A stretch of 64,000 nt of DNA, from positions 65,536,001 through 65,600,000 of the forward strand of contig OZ076409.1 in the NCBI GenBank assembly GCA_964187785.1. The letters run 5' to 3'. The DNA comes from Amphiscolops sp. MND2022 (Eukaryota). A program made the position numbers and the translations under genes. The notes under the pieces are model-generated. The model was not told the DNA's origin and made no database searches. It worked only from the letters and a program-made list of their open reading frames with translations. Positions within the stretch are counted from its first letter, which is position 1, and every line of letters starts with the position of its first letter. Shown here one piece after another: positions 35,506-50,500 of the stretch.

Positions 35506-38500
35506 CTAAACTGAGCTGGTTGAGGGCGAGTAAGATGAAGAGTGAGTGTCGTTTACTGTGTACACATTCTTCCAGTCAACCTTGGTTGGTCTAACTGCCC
35601 CACAGCATAAAGATACCTGATAGAAGTCTGACATGTTCTGAGCAATGCCATGTCTGCCAAACACAAAAACCATCAATCTCAATTATAAATTACTCGCGAA
35701 ACTAGATTTATAGAAGCAGTCATGAACTAGGTTCGAATCAATTTAGGATCAAGCTTGTTATTGATACTACACATTTGTGAACCAGAGCCGCATGTGCGGT
35801 AAAGGAGTCGAATTAGGACTGTTCCTTCAGACTCGTTCGAATCCAGTCATGTGATTTTGATGAAATTGTACATATTAAGCCCCTATATGGTGTAAAAAGA
35901 CTCCATAAAAGTTCTTTGGAATCGCGAGTTTTTGAGAAAATCGGAAAAGTCCAAAATTGGCCGTTTTTTGGTCATTTTTGGACTAATTTTGGCTGTTTCT
36001 CAGATCCCAGTCATACGATTTTGACGCCATTTCGCACACAGGAGCACCTGAGGGTGTAGAATGACTGTGCAAAATTTAATGAAAAATCGAATGGTCTGAT
36101 TTTGAGAAACTTGAAAATTTTCATTGAAAGATCGGGATAAAACAAGGTACAATTGCATAAACACTCGAAATTTTTTCCGACTCATAAAAATAGCGTTTGC
36201 TTGACCAAAGACCATTATCCTACTTCAGTAAAGGAATGGAGTGTTAAAAACAAGCCGGGAACGGCCCAAGTCGGCGCCAAAATGTCAAGTATTCTCTTCT
36301 ACAGTACCCGCGTGAGGAAAAAATTGAAAAAAAATCCGAAACTTTTTCGAAGTTTTTTTCGAATTATTTTGGTCGCCGGTAAGTCGCATAGTGCCGAAAA
36401 AAGTAAAAGGGGACCTTTGGGAGTTTGTGAACATCCATTCTTTTGCAAAATGAAAAAAATTGAAGGGGAACCCTTTGGAGACATTAAAAAAATTTGTGAA
36501 AAATAGTCTCACAAAGCCGGAAAAACCTGCAAAAAATTTTGGTCATGGGCGGGACTCGAACCAACGTCCTTCTGCTTGGCAGACCTCAAAAAAGACTAAT
36601 TAACTTCTGTAGTGCCAGTAGTGTCTGTGCAGTTAGTGGAAGCCAGCTTATAAAGCTTATAAAATCTGTCACTTCGTTGGTCTTTAAAAAAGTCACTGCC
36701 ATAGTCTGCGTTTTTCTACGAAAAGCGCTGACTAAAAATAGGAATCTCAAAAAATGAACAGTATATCCCAATAAGGAACAATCACATTCAAAATCTGCAA
36801 AATTTGAGGTCTTTTTACAGGTTACAGAAATTTTGTTGGGGTTGCATTCTGATCAAAGGAGAAAAAAGGCAAAGAATCCGTGAACTAAGCAAGTCGGCGG
36901 CCAGCTGAAGGTTCAAAAGAGTAAAGTTTTTTGAATACGCAAAAAGACACTATTGTTGAAATTTTATCACTTTTAAGAAGCCAAAAAAATATCTAAGACT
37001 CGAAAACAACTTTTTCCTCAACTGGAAGCAACAAAAAACAAATTTTAAAAAAGTCGCATTTTTTCGTGGTGCCAAAGGGGTTTTGGTCTCTTGCGACTTT
37101 TTGAAAATCCACTTTGTTGCAAAATATCAAAACAAGCCGGGAACGGCCCAAGTCAGCGCCCCGCTCAAAGCACAGAAGTGTACCCGGGGACGTGGTTTTA
37201 GTATTCCTTGCTGAAAAAAAAGTTTTTTCGAAATTCCAAAAAAGTCTTATAGTACTGAAAACCTGACCCTAAAGCTTTACATTGGACGCAAATTATGTGA
37301 AATTTGGGGAAAAATCGATAACCTTATACGTATATCCGAACTTTGAAAACTTTGAAATACATTAGAACATTGAAAACCTTTTAACCGAATTGAAGTACGT
37401 GTTAGATGTTATATGAGAAACCTTTTATTTAGCACTTTTACAGCTTTGAAAAATTCCCCAAGAAACGTTACATCCGGTTTGCGTTAAATCCGGTATAGAT
37501 TGTGTCGTTATAACCAGTTTGCGTTAAATCGGGTTTGCGCCAGAAAACTTCAAAGATGGGACCTTTTTGTAACATTGGAAAAGTCTCCAAAAACGTTATA
37601 TCCGGAAAATGTTATATCCGGATTGTGTCAAATCCAGTTGGGTTGTGTTATTGTCGAAGGGGACTCCTTAGCACTTTTTTTCAGATTTGAAAAATTCTCT
37701 AAGGAACGTTATATCAGGTATACGCTACAGCTTATAAAGGTTATAAAATCTGTCTTTTCGTTGGTCTTAAAAAAGTCTCACAAAGCCGAAATAACAAGCA
37801 TATAAAAGCCGCTGGGTTTCCCCTAAACCGATTAGTAGAAGTTATAAGTTACTGAGCAACAGCTTATAAAAGTGATAAAATCGGCCAGTTCGTCGGTCTT
37901 GAATTTATTTTTGCAAAAAGTCACCACTATAGTATGCACTAACTTGGTTTGTTAACGAAATTGTATTGCTGAATAAACTGCAATTTCCAGTCATGAAAGC
38001 TGAAAATATTCATATACGAAAAATTCAACCGCTTTTTAATCTGCTGCTGAAGTTAAAGCATGCGTGTTTAGCATGAAAAATGAACATTCTTCAGACAAAA
38101 TTCAGAGAGAAACAGCTCAAAATGGTTGAGCTATTAATTTATGTGCTAGTACAAAATTATTCAATGTCAAACATCCAAACAAACCAGGAACTGCCCCGCT
38201 CAAGTCGGCACCCCGCTCAAGGTCCAGAAAAAACTGTGTTTTGAATATTGAAAGGGACAGTATTGTGAAAAAAATTGATTAAATTCATATCACCAAAAAT
38301 ACCCGAAGACTCAAAAACAGCTTTTACCCCAACTTGAAACACAAAAACGAACTTTTTGAGAATTTAATCTTTTTCGAAAAATTTTTCGCTCCGGAAAATC
38401 ATCTCATAGTGCCGAAAAACATCTTTGAGCTCGCAAAACCCTTTTTCAAGCAGAAAAAATTATGTAAGTGAACGGGGTAAAAATAACTAAGTATGTCACC

Positions 38501-41500
38501 CTTAACGGTTGGAAAACGATTTTCCTTAACAGGAAACCTTGAAGAGAAAACAGAAAAATTTGCGAAAAAATGTCTTCAATTGAATGCTTCAACTGTTTCG
38601 GAAAAGCTCGCATCCAATAACAGTCGCAATGAGAGAGCGCTACAAAAGTATTGACTTAATATAGACATTTGAGATTTTTTCGAACAACTATCCATTCAAA
38701 TCTGCTGCTAGTGTTAAAAGCATCAAGGCAACTGCAGCTATTGTGAAGAACAGTTTGCAGTTTGAAAGCAGCAGCGGGTAAATTAGTAGCAAAAACAGCC
38801 GATACAGAGAATCTAAGTATTTGAGTACTTGCGAGCTAGAAGTGAATGTAAGATAGAAACAAGAACTAACGCGAAAGGCGAGAAATTCTTGTTCTTGCAA
38901 GATCCTGTGGAATTCTTTCCAGTGGAACCACATTTCTCATCTCGGCAACCATCTGATGGCTGGAAGTGCTTATACCGTTGTCGATTGATGTACTCGTTCG
39001 TGGTCATACCAATCACAAACACCTGAAATTTCATTCCGCGTCACCATTGTCACCTTGAGTTTAGCATCTAACAATTTAAATGCCCAAATTTGCTGGGAAT
39101 TTCGGAAAAGACCCTCAACTCGCAATCTGTCCAGAAAACAGGAAGTTTACAGGTACGCCGCCAATAAACTAATAAGACAATAATGTCTAGTCTCGATAAC
39201 TTTTCGTTAGCTTCAGAGTTTCCTTTCATGTCAGCCATCCTTTCATGTGAGCCAACACGCACAAAGGAAAATTACAAAATAATCAAACATTCGTTAATTC
39301 CGTCAGGCTGTTGATTAACCAACCAATTATCCCTAATATGTTAATTCGAAACTGTCTCTGAACATTCCTTGCCATCGTTATCATTTCAATTAGAGATGTT
39401 ATAAGGTTCATCCGTCCTAACCTCTACCAAGTGTCGGTCTAGCCTACTAGCAAGTTGTTGGTAAACAAACTTGAAAAGAAAACTACATATTGTATGTTTA
39501 TATATAGATTAGATTTAGTATCGTTAAGTTTTTGATCAAGAGACCTTATTTGAGGAAATCCTGACTTTCCTTAACCTAGCTCTAGAATAGGGCATGACGC
39601 AGTCAGTCAATTTCTAACCAATTGAACTGAACTTTTAAACATCCAGAGCATGACATAAAATTACCGTACCGAATCAAGAAGCAAAAGCTTCAGACGAGAA
39701 ACCGGTAATTACACAGACAATGGTTGGGAAGATTCCGACTATTTGAAAAACCGGAAAAAAAAGATAACAACACTGCTGAAAAAAAACAGAAACCGGATAG
39801 ACCGGAAAAGAACAAGAGATACAAAGAAAACTTATTTGGGGAGTGGGACCCGAAGCATTTTACCAAATAACGAGAGCCGAGTACAAAAAATCCGACAACA
39901 TAAGAATGAAAGACATAATCCAGTTATTCACCGAATACTGTCTTCCAAAACGCAAAACATACCATAACCCGGGCGATTACTTTTTGGGCAAAGCAGACAG
40001 AAGACAAATACCCGAAGAATTCTGGAGACGATTAAGTGAGATCGAGAGAATAATCGGCAAAAATTATTCATACCAAAATATATTACAGCGATCACCGACA
40101 AACAAATACGGAGGGAAATGAAGAACAAGACGCCCGCTGGGCACCGGGATATTTTTCGCTTCAACTGAGCCATATATGGTCACAGTGTTCAGCCACGGTG
40201 CTCAGCTATAGCCACGGTGCTCAGCTATAGCTATTTTAGTTACTCGACTATTTTAGAAATAGTCACGTAGTGGATGGATATCGTGTAAATTTGGCAGAAT
40301 TTGAAAACGCAACACAGATTACGATTTTCCTTCCCCATTATATGTTGGTAGAAAATAAAAAACAATAGAATTGAAAAACACTCAACCTGATGAAACACAA
40401 AACTCACGAAAAGAACCCAAAAAGAACACAATACCGGAAGCAAAAGAAGACATGAGGTAAAAGAACCGACAAAGAAAATGGTAATTCGGCACAAGACGAA
40501 AAACAAAAGTTTTGGAAACCAACCATGCAGATTTTGCAACGACCAAAACTGGACACCAATACGCAAATGCCCTGCACTAGAAGCAAATTGCAACATGCGG
40601 AAAGAAAGGACGCTAAGCAAAAGTATGCAGACAGATGCAATAACAACCGAACAGTGAGAAAACTAACAGAAGAAATAGAAGAACCGAACGAACCATCAAG
40701 CGAGTCAGACGAAATTATATAGCTTTAACGTTGACTAGATTTCGTTTCTAACATCATAATATAGAAATTTGGGACTGAGATAAATTGGGATAGAGAAACT
40801 ACACTTCTACACACATCCACGCCTTCTTTCAAACACTACTTTTTAGCATGGGTCAGGCCAATAATTTCCTCCTTTTATAGTTTTAATTATGGCTTTCCGG
40901 TATCTAAGAAAAAACAAGCCGGGACCAGCCCAAGTCAGCACCCCGCTCACGTTTCCTAAATATGCTCAAGTTTCTTGAAATATTTTAATTAAAAGGCCAC
41001 TGTTTTCAAACTTTTACCAACTTCTCAGTACCGAAAAAAACAAGAAATAAGCCTAGGACTGGAAAACCACTTTCCGTAAGACGGCAACCTCAAAAAGTAA
41101 CAAAGAGTTCACCCCCAAGACTCGGGAAACGTTTCTTTCACAGAAAACCTCAAAAAACCAAAAATTGCGATAAAAATTTCGAAAATTTTTTGAAAAAATT
41201 GTTTTTTACTCGTTAAGTCGTGCCGAAAACAAACTGAAAAAGGCCAGCTATCCTTGTAAAACGCTGTTGTTTCTGCTGAACATCGAGGGAGGGAATTTAG
41301 GTTCGGAAAAAATCTGGAAAAAGTCGTGTCGCATAGTCCCGAAAAAAATTCTAAAGGGGCTCTTTGCATACAAAAAGGTTTTTTTTTGGTTCAGTGAGAG
41401 ACTCGAACAAACATATCCCTGCTTCTTAGACGGCGGGAAATCCGCGTTAACCACTAGGCAAAGTGGCAGTGAAAAGTTGAAGAACTTTTGGTAGAACTAT

Positions 41501-44500
41501 TTTGGACAGATCATGTGTATCGAAAGAAACTGACAAAAAGCGATGACTATAATCGCTCCTTTCTAAAGAAAAGCGTCGACTAAAATGGAATACGTACTTG
41601 ATAGCACTGAGATAAGAACAAGGCTGCAACCCATAGCCAGTAGAACATGGCCAAAGACGAGATGAAGATGATCCACGAATTGTCGCTAAATAAGTGCAGA
41701 AAGGCATATGCGTACCCATTATCCAGGGGACTATTTTCCTCGTTGCCACTACTCCTGTGAGGCGGCAAATGCACCCCCTCTGGCTCACTCAGTTTAGGGT
41801 GGACACCCCCGAAGGATTGTATGTGTATATCACCCGCCGGACCAACTAAAGTACCATGTAGAAACCTCCAGCAATCTAAAATACAAGACCAATGCTCTGT
41901 TTGTGATCGTTTCCACCACCAGATAGCTTTTCAACCTGTGCTCAAACTACTACAGGTCAAACTACTTGGAATTAATTGACTCTGAATGTCAAAAGAGAAA
42001 AGAAAAACTACCTATTTTTTCAACTCCATGAAAACATTAAAAACTTGATACCGAAAAATCTAACCAAAACGTGGATACGGAAACTCGCTCGAGTTGCAAT
42101 AAAATTGAAATTATGGGGATTAAAATATTAAGTTAGTTCAAAATTTTGAATTTTAAACTGAACATACTTTTACAACAGAAAAATGATAGCATCATGCATG
42201 CTATTTATGTTCAGTTGCATAATTCTAGGCTTTCTGCAGAGTTTCATAGGAGAGTAGTTTTGTTTACGCTATCAGAACGAAGAGAAAGTTGAATTGTGTA
42301 CCAAGCTCATAAAAAGCAATATGAAATGCACAAATCTGCATTATCGTGCACGCAACGATTAAGCTGTCCAATTTTGCACATGCGCTCAATTTTTACACTC
42401 AAACCGATACATCGTCAAATCTGACGCCAGAGAAATAACGTGTTTTATTCTTTTCCATTTGTATTTTTCATTCAGACCACAAATCCATAATGGGTAAAAA
42501 AGGAAAGAAGGGCAAAAAATCAGGGGGCAAATCGGGCAAAAAGAGCGGCAAAGGGGACAAGAGCGCCACAGGGGCGGCTTCCGCTGGGGGAGGGGAAGCA
42601 GAGGAGAAAGAAACCCCGAAAGAAGTCCTGTTACGTAACGAGTTGGACAATCTGAACGAAGAAACGAATCGAGTGAAGCTGGAAGTTGAAAAACTGCGAC
42701 GAGAAAATGAGTTTTTACAGAAGGAGGCCGACACGACAAGAAGTGAGACACACGAGTATATGTGTTATATGAGCAAGAGGGCCAATAAGAGGCAAGAGAC
42801 AATTGTGTCATTGAATGACTGGAACCAGAGAGAGTTGGCAAATTTGGCACAGCAGAAACAGAGTTTGTTGGAGAAGTATGATCAGGAGAAAACCAAACTG
42901 AAAGATGTGATTTTACAGAAAGAAAAGCTATTGCAACAGATCAAAAACGATATCGATGATCTCGGTTAGTATCATCAGCTAATTTTGTTCAATGGTGCAT
43001 CCAAGTTCAAGAATGGCCATGGCCAACACTATTTCCATTTCCGTAGTGCCAGTAATCAAAGATCATTTCTCGAATTTCAGTCCAAAATTTTCGGGTAGAT
43101 GAAACTCGATGAAATAGAAAATAGTTGAATCCGCCTAATTCGTATCGCTAAATCGAAAAAACTACGAATAATGGGAAATACGAATTGACCGGATGATGTT
43201 ACTTTGATCGTCGCGAAATGGGGGTCTCGGATACATACGTATCAAACGAAAATCCGACTTATCCGGATACGAAGTAACCGGAGTTGATTGTACTTCATAA
43301 ATTTACTCTGGTGTCGCTACTTGCAGGGGGTCCCGCGTAACTTCTGAGAGTGAAAACAGTCGACACCCACCTAATATTGGAATTGACTGGCGATATACCC
43401 ATGTTTCAGCATAGTGAATAAACATACCATATACCCCCTTTTACTAGGACTCTCGTATATTGTCTCAAATGATTCAATTAGACACCATGCAATTACATGT
43501 ACTACCACCCTGTGAATAGTACTACCACACACACGAGAATAAACTATAACAGTATCACCATTAGTTATTACATCCAACCGTCCATTTTTCAAATAAGTTT
43601 CCGTCAATTTGTCGTGTTTTTCTGAAATCAAAGAAGCACTGCAGCTCATTTAAGATAATTAGCCTACAATGTTGTTAAAAGCAAGATGCCTTATTTTTTA
43701 AACTTCTGAAAAATTCTCAATCGTTTTGGCAGAAGCTCATATCAATCAACAGTTTTCATTTCACAATTTGTTGGTACCGTTTAGTTTGGTTTTCTTTGTT
43801 TGGCACAAGCATTAGGCATTAGAAAAAGTGGATTTCCCTGACGTTGAGAAAATTTAAGCTTTTCTCGCAGAAAAAAAAACATTTCCAAAACTCCTTTTGG
43901 CAAAACTAAATTTTCGCCAAAGTCCTTGACCCATGCAAAACGGCCAGTATGTACCTTCACACAATAAGGCCTTGTGCAACAAAATCACATAATATGCGGT
44001 TGTTGGTACCGGAAAAGCGAACTAAAGTTCTGAACAATGGGGAGCGGAGCGACAGGTGCTTACCAAGCTTGAAAGCCTAACAATCGAAGCATTTCTCTGG
44101 TATGCGTAGTTATGGATATAAGCAGCTATTGAAAATTTGCAAAAATACTTAGGTCCATTGGGTTTGAACATTGAGTTTATATAAGCTTTTCAATGTTTCT
44201 TCTTTTTATCAGGCAAATACAAAGTGCTTCAAGAAGAGCAGCGAGTGAAGATAGAGCAGCTGAAAAGCGAGTTGATGAGAACGAGGGGCGAACAGACGTC
44301 CAAGATCCAGGAGATACGAGCGAGCTGTTTGACCGAAAAGCAAGAGTTCAAACACGAGTCGGAGAAACGCATCACAGAGATGCGCATGCAGGCCAGTCAA
44401 GAGGCGAGTAGATCTCTGCAGCTGAGGACCAATGAGATCAAAACTGAGAACCGAAAGTTGAGGCAACAACTCACTGATCTTATCCAGAAATCGCAAGCTC

Positions 44501-47500
44501 TACAGGTTGGCAACAATTTCAAAAACAACGCACCCAGTACCATTTTACATATACCCTATTGCCTATTTAACCTCGACAGTGATAATAAATTGCGACACGC
44601 AAAAAGCATAGAAGAAAACGAAAAATTGTCTTTCTTATCTACAATCGATTGGACTATCTGGTGTGAATGGTTATTTGTGCCAATATAGATTTTTTCCGAG
44701 CCACTGGCAAAAAATTACCTGAAAAGAAGAGAAAAATTGCAAAAAAATACATTTCAGAAAACTCGTTTTTTCTCAATAACTGAGCAACTGTTTGCTAAGT
44801 TACTTACCCACACTTTGCCACCATTGAAAACGCATATAGAAGTTTTTTTCAATGAAGCTTCAGTTATGAGTTCAACCGATATTTGAAAGGCTCGGCCAAG
44901 TCGTGCCCGCGCTGTCGGGGTGGCACTCTCACCCCAAAAAGTGGCGCCAACTCCCAGCTTAACTAGTGTGCATTTGAAAGCTTAGGTAAAGGGCTTTCAG
45001 GAACAGAAAACTGATTGGAGCTGCGGCTATTATTTGTGGAGAAATGAAGCTTTGAAAAAATTTTGCCAATTTTTCTACTTCTCGGTGTACTGTCGAGGTT
45101 AATTCTGTTTTTTTTCTCACGCGATTAAATAGCATTCAAAATTCCAGGGCTTTAACATCGTTCAACAGTTTCGCTAATCGCTGACTTCATTTATTAGTCA
45201 CTACGTCGCTGAAAAGTTTGTAACTTTTGGTTTTGGACGTTTCAAGAAATGGGAACTTGATTTAGTTTTAGCAAACGAAGCTGACGAATCTATTTGAATT
45301 TTCAAAGTTGTAAGAGGAAAAATTAAGAAGTGCAGCTTTTAAAACAAGATTTCGAGAAAAAGTATTTTGGCGTAATTGGGCATTCTATCCGTCGGGTCTA
45401 AATTGAAACATCACTAATGAAAGCGCTGAATTATCCGAGCGCGACCACTCATTCTCTCATGACCAGTGAATTAGGTTTCGCAAAAAACGCGCTTATCAAT
45501 TGTTGCGCTTGTGACTCCCCCTAACGCTTAAACGGCGCTTTTCGGAAAAAAATGACTGTTAAATTTTCAACAGGAAGTTCCCAACTTTTTGAAGTGAAAT
45601 TCTTACGCCATTTTGTCAACAGAATAAACAGCACAAGAGAATAGTCTTTCAACTGGACTTGTGTCGGTTGAAACGCTCAGTACTTGCCACCTAATTGGAA
45701 AGTTTTTGGAAAGCTAGATTCAACTTTTCCAGAATTCTGTCATATTGCATGTTAACTATTCCAATGTCAGATCTATCGAATATTACGTCGCTTTCGCTTT
45801 TTTTGCACTTTCGCAAGTGACCTAATTCATTGTTCATGGGCAGTGTCAAATATTTTTGAATAAAGGTGCTTTGAACAATTTAATATTCATCAGAAAAATC
45901 GATTAAAGAAAACAATTCCAAAATTTTCGTGCGAATTTTTATAAAGTATCCACAAAGATTTCAAAATTGCTTGTCTGAAAAGAGTATGATTTCGCAGGCA
46001 CACAAAAAAGAATTACTAGCCCAGCGCAAGGTGTTGGAACAAGAGGAAGAGTATAGCCGAGACATTCAGAAGATCAAGCAGAAACAGCAGCAAACAGACA
46101 TGGCTTTTTGAGCACAGTTAGATCCTCCACGGAAGCAAAACCTTCAAATGCAGCTGCCCAAGATAGCAAGTTCATTTACTGTGCATGGATGGGACTGCCC
46201 GAATATATTTCCAGCCAATATAAACTTCAAATAGTGACGCTGATTGCTCTGTTCATGCAAACCAGCAAAGTTTAGCCCATTTGTTTTCTGTTAATGAATT
46301 GGAATATAGATATATTTTTGCTGTATCACCAAGATCTTCACCTCAGAAAAGAGATTGATCCAAATCGGCCAAAGGCAGGGCGCGAAATACAAGGAAACTT
46401 AAAACAACAAACATGTATGAATTTCAAGAAATACAGCCGAAAAAAATTGCAACAAAGCTTCGGACCTTTTGAAATAAATGCTTCTTCAAAAATGGATTAT
46501 GTTAAGGCCAACTTTCTGCATGCACTGTAGCCAATAAATTGAATACAACAGATTCAGCTACAACAATTTTTCGAGCTTTGTCATTCGAGAGAACATTTGT
46601 TCTACAAAAATGCCCTTACATTTTATTCTACCAATATTTAAAGTTATGTAAAAAAAGATAGGTGACATAATGCGCATATAATTGAGGTAAGCGGCATGAA
46701 AACTCAAAAAGCACCGAAATTCATTTAAAAACGAGCCAAAAAATCTCAAAATTCATGTAGAGACAATGCTTTCATTGGAAATTCCACCACCAATACAAGA
46801 TTTTGCTTTCCTTCTTTTCATCAGTCGTCGCTTTTTTTAGTTAACTAAAATCGCTGAACTATTATAGAGACTATTTTTAAAGAAGTCACTATAATAGTAA
46901 CCGTCTTCTTACAGGTCCCATTAAACAAATAGAATTCGATTAGAGCTCACAGTTATTGACATTCCAGTTCAACATTTTTGACTTCAAGGAATATCCATTT
47001 TCAATGTAATTACGGTAGCTGATCAAGCACCGATGTCAATGAAGTCAATCAATGTTTCTCACATTCCTTCTAGATGAAGTTTGAGAAAATCAACGGTCTT
47101 GGAGATTTACATTTATCCCTGATCTCAACACACGCAATTTGAACCTTTATTCGAGAACGTAGACATTAATTGGAAATGTCGTGAGAGGGGAAAACTTACA
47201 CATTGCAAACAATAAGCTCAAGACTGTGAAAGTTCGCGCGAATATTTTCATATCGTCCCATTTCTTCTAGCAGCGCTATAGTCATCTTAAAATGAAATGC
47301 TAGCAAACTTGAAATTTCAGTTTTAGCTTTTCCCGTGACCATACATTTAACTCTTTCATAGATTGTAAAGTTATTAAACTTTATTTAGTCATGAAATTGA
47401 GTATATACAGATGAGCCCCACAACATATTTTTGTATTTGGAAATCATCTGTGCATTAGAAATCGACGGACAAAGCGCGCTCAACAACGTCATTAGGAATT

Positions 47501-50500
47501 TTGTAACTGGAGGGATACTTTTTGAGAAAATAGAACAGGTGCTTATTGCTTAAAACAAAAAACTACTTACATATTGAGGCAGCGTAGAAGAAATGAGTGA
47601 TGATCATCTCGAGAAAAAAGAGGAAGTTTATGAACTGCTTGTGGTTGTTGGCACCTGAAATGGATAAAATTTTTGCCAATAACTAGAAGAATTTTTCCAC
47701 ATTGAGTGAAATATCACATTAAGTGAGCTCTAGCTGCGAACGAAGGAAAACGAGCCAACACAATATCAGTTCATATGAATTGAATTCCAATTTGTCAAAA
47801 TCAATCGCTGAGAAAAAACTCTCAGTAAGTAGTGAGAAAGAAAACATCCGTGACTAAAATGACTAGCGATCAACAACAGCTACGTTTGTTTTCATTCTGC
47901 AATATTCTCCATTCATTTCGAATTGTGATTGAGTTGACTGAACTGTTGATTGGCTTCCGATCTAACTCTTCACTAGATTCACTTGAAATATGATTTGCTT
48001 CACTTATTTTGGCATTGAATGGTTTTTGTTTAAAGCCGTTTGTAATTGGCTGTCAACGCCGCTTCGGGATTCAACTAAATTGGAATGATCTTCATCATTT
48101 AAATTAAAACTGGTATAGTACGTAGTAAATGTGCCTACCTACACAATTGTATACCCAGGGGCAATGGTGGTCCATTTTGGCGACACACTTATTGCAGAAG
48201 CTGCAGTGCTTAGACCTGATTGGCCGTCTCACTATGCACGAGCTGCAAAATATGGCCAGGTCAAAGTTGTCACTCTCCGCCAGTTTGATGATTATCTGAA
48301 ACAAAATTCACATTTTTGGTCTACTAACGTGCTTTCGATGATAAGTTATTAGTGACCTCAAAATAAAAATATGTTGTACACCATATCAATGTATTTTGAC
48401 ATCTTTTACCGTTGAACCGCTTATTTCAAAATCAATATTTTGCTGGAAACCATTCCTTCAAACTATTTACATCAGTTATTTGAACTCATATGTGCCTTCA
48501 TTAAATTGATTTTCAAAATGTTTTTTGAAGAAATGGCTAACTTGTTTCTTCTCTTCTATGGAGCTGGAGATGATACCGGGATCTGCCAAGACTGTGTAGA
48601 GGAAGTTGTACCACAAAGGAATAGATATGAGAAGGAGGACAGAGTTGGAGAAGAAAGTCATTTCCGTCCAGAAGAACTGGAACCACACACAGTACATTAG
48701 CAGCTTCTGGGCCATGTAAGTGCCCACTGGGAGTATCTGCTGTGCATTGTGAGTGAGAAGCCTGCTACCCAGGAAGCGGGCACTTGCCACAAACCCGACC
48801 AGCAGCAGAAGTTTGAGGTAGAAAACCATCCAGCTGTCAAGGATGAACCCAATTGCACACATGCATAGGAAAGGCACTGCAAAGGTAGCTTTGTCTACCA
48901 ATTTCTGAAAGACATAAGCCCGTGGTGCGAAAGATTCAGTTAACAAGCCGGGAACGGCAAAAGTCGGCGCCATATCTAAAGGTCAAAAATAGCAAAAGGA
49001 CTTCAAAGTGTCAAGTATTTTTACAGTACCCAAGAAACCCAAAAGTTGGACCAAATTGGCGCGCTAAAAGGGGAGACCCGTTGGGATTTTTCAACATTTG
49101 TCGCAAAACAACAAAATTGAAGGGGGACCCTTTGAAGTCATTAAAATATTTTCGAAAAAAAGTCCCACAATGCCGAAAAAACTGGAAGGGTGGACCCTTT
49201 GGAATTTTTAACATCCATTCTATTGTAAAACATCAAGAAAATTGAAGGGGGACCCTTTGGTGAAAAAAAATCACCAAAGAAAAGTCCCACAATGTCGAAA
49301 AAACTGGAAGGGGGACCTTTTAGTCTCGCCTGGTATAGTATGTTACGAGAAAAGAAAAGGAAAAACATTTTTGGTTTAGTTCGCTAGGCCAAATGGTTCA
49401 ATTTGACACCATAATATTTCGTAGAACTTTTAAGAACTATTTTGGTATTTCGTGTGGATTGAAAAAAGTCACTAGTATAGTCGCGTTTCACTTCATGAAG
49501 CGCCGACTGAAAATTAAGTCGAATGCTCTCATTTTTCACACATTGATTTGGGAAAGGTTTTTTTGTGAGACGGGAATGTTGCACCGAAGATAAAAAAATG
49601 ATATCTGGGAGTTCAACTCCACAAGTCAGTTGTAAAGATGTATTTAAACCAAAATGTACAAATCAAGACTTGAAAGTCATAAAATTTTTGAAAATAGTAC
49701 GACTAAAGATTCTAAAATGCACATCAGATGAGTGAAAAGCAAATTGACTAACAGGGTCACTGAAAATTCTTGCTAGAGGTCGTCTACTTTTTGATCTGGT
49801 GTTTTCAGTCTCACTGATGTGTCTCAATAGTCGTTTCCTCACCAACATCCCTTGAGCTGAACTTGCCAGGCTAATCACCGTTTCTCCCTGCAACCCATAC
49901 ACACTCAATACAAAGCATTCAACGTCTACTTTGAAAACTACATGGGACAAATTGTAAAACCTTTTTGTTTGGAATATCCAGAGAAACTTTGGCATTCAAT
50001 AATTTACACACAGCTCCAAAATTGTTGGCCGCAATTGCGTAGTGGAGAGCCGTGTTCCCCAAAGCACCATCAGCCTAGAAATAGAAATGTCACAACACCA
50101 TTTCTTCATAAAGTAGCTTCTAAATCCACTTTCTTTAAAATATCTGAAAGAATAACCTTGTTGACACTGGCACCGAGACTAATCAATAACCTCGCTGGGT
50201 CGTCACTGAAACGAAGCGATCAAGATTGATTTTTGGAAACAGAACTCGTGATATACATACCATCAAACAACGTTTTAGAGCCCAAAAAGAGGAACTCGTA
50301 CAAATTTATCAATATACATACCATCAAACAACGTTTTAGAGCCAAAAAAGAGGAACTCGTACAAATTTATCAATATACATACCATCAAACAACGTTTTAG
50401 AGCCAAAAAAGAGGAACTCGGACAAATTTATCAACAAGACGTCAAAAATCGGCGCCCGGTCTAATAAAAAAAGTCATTTGAACATGCTTAGGGATGGTAA

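Noticed and set aside
46109..46111. TGA as selenocysteine or an alternative genetic code
   Set aside because: No SECIS recognised, the protein is not a redox type, and the Cys-rich gene model also ends at a TGA.
50251..50434. Repeats containing GTTTTAGAGC, resembling a type II CRISPR repeat
   Set aside because: The whole 61-bp unit repeats with no unique spacers, there are no cas genes, and it lies in a eukaryotic intron.
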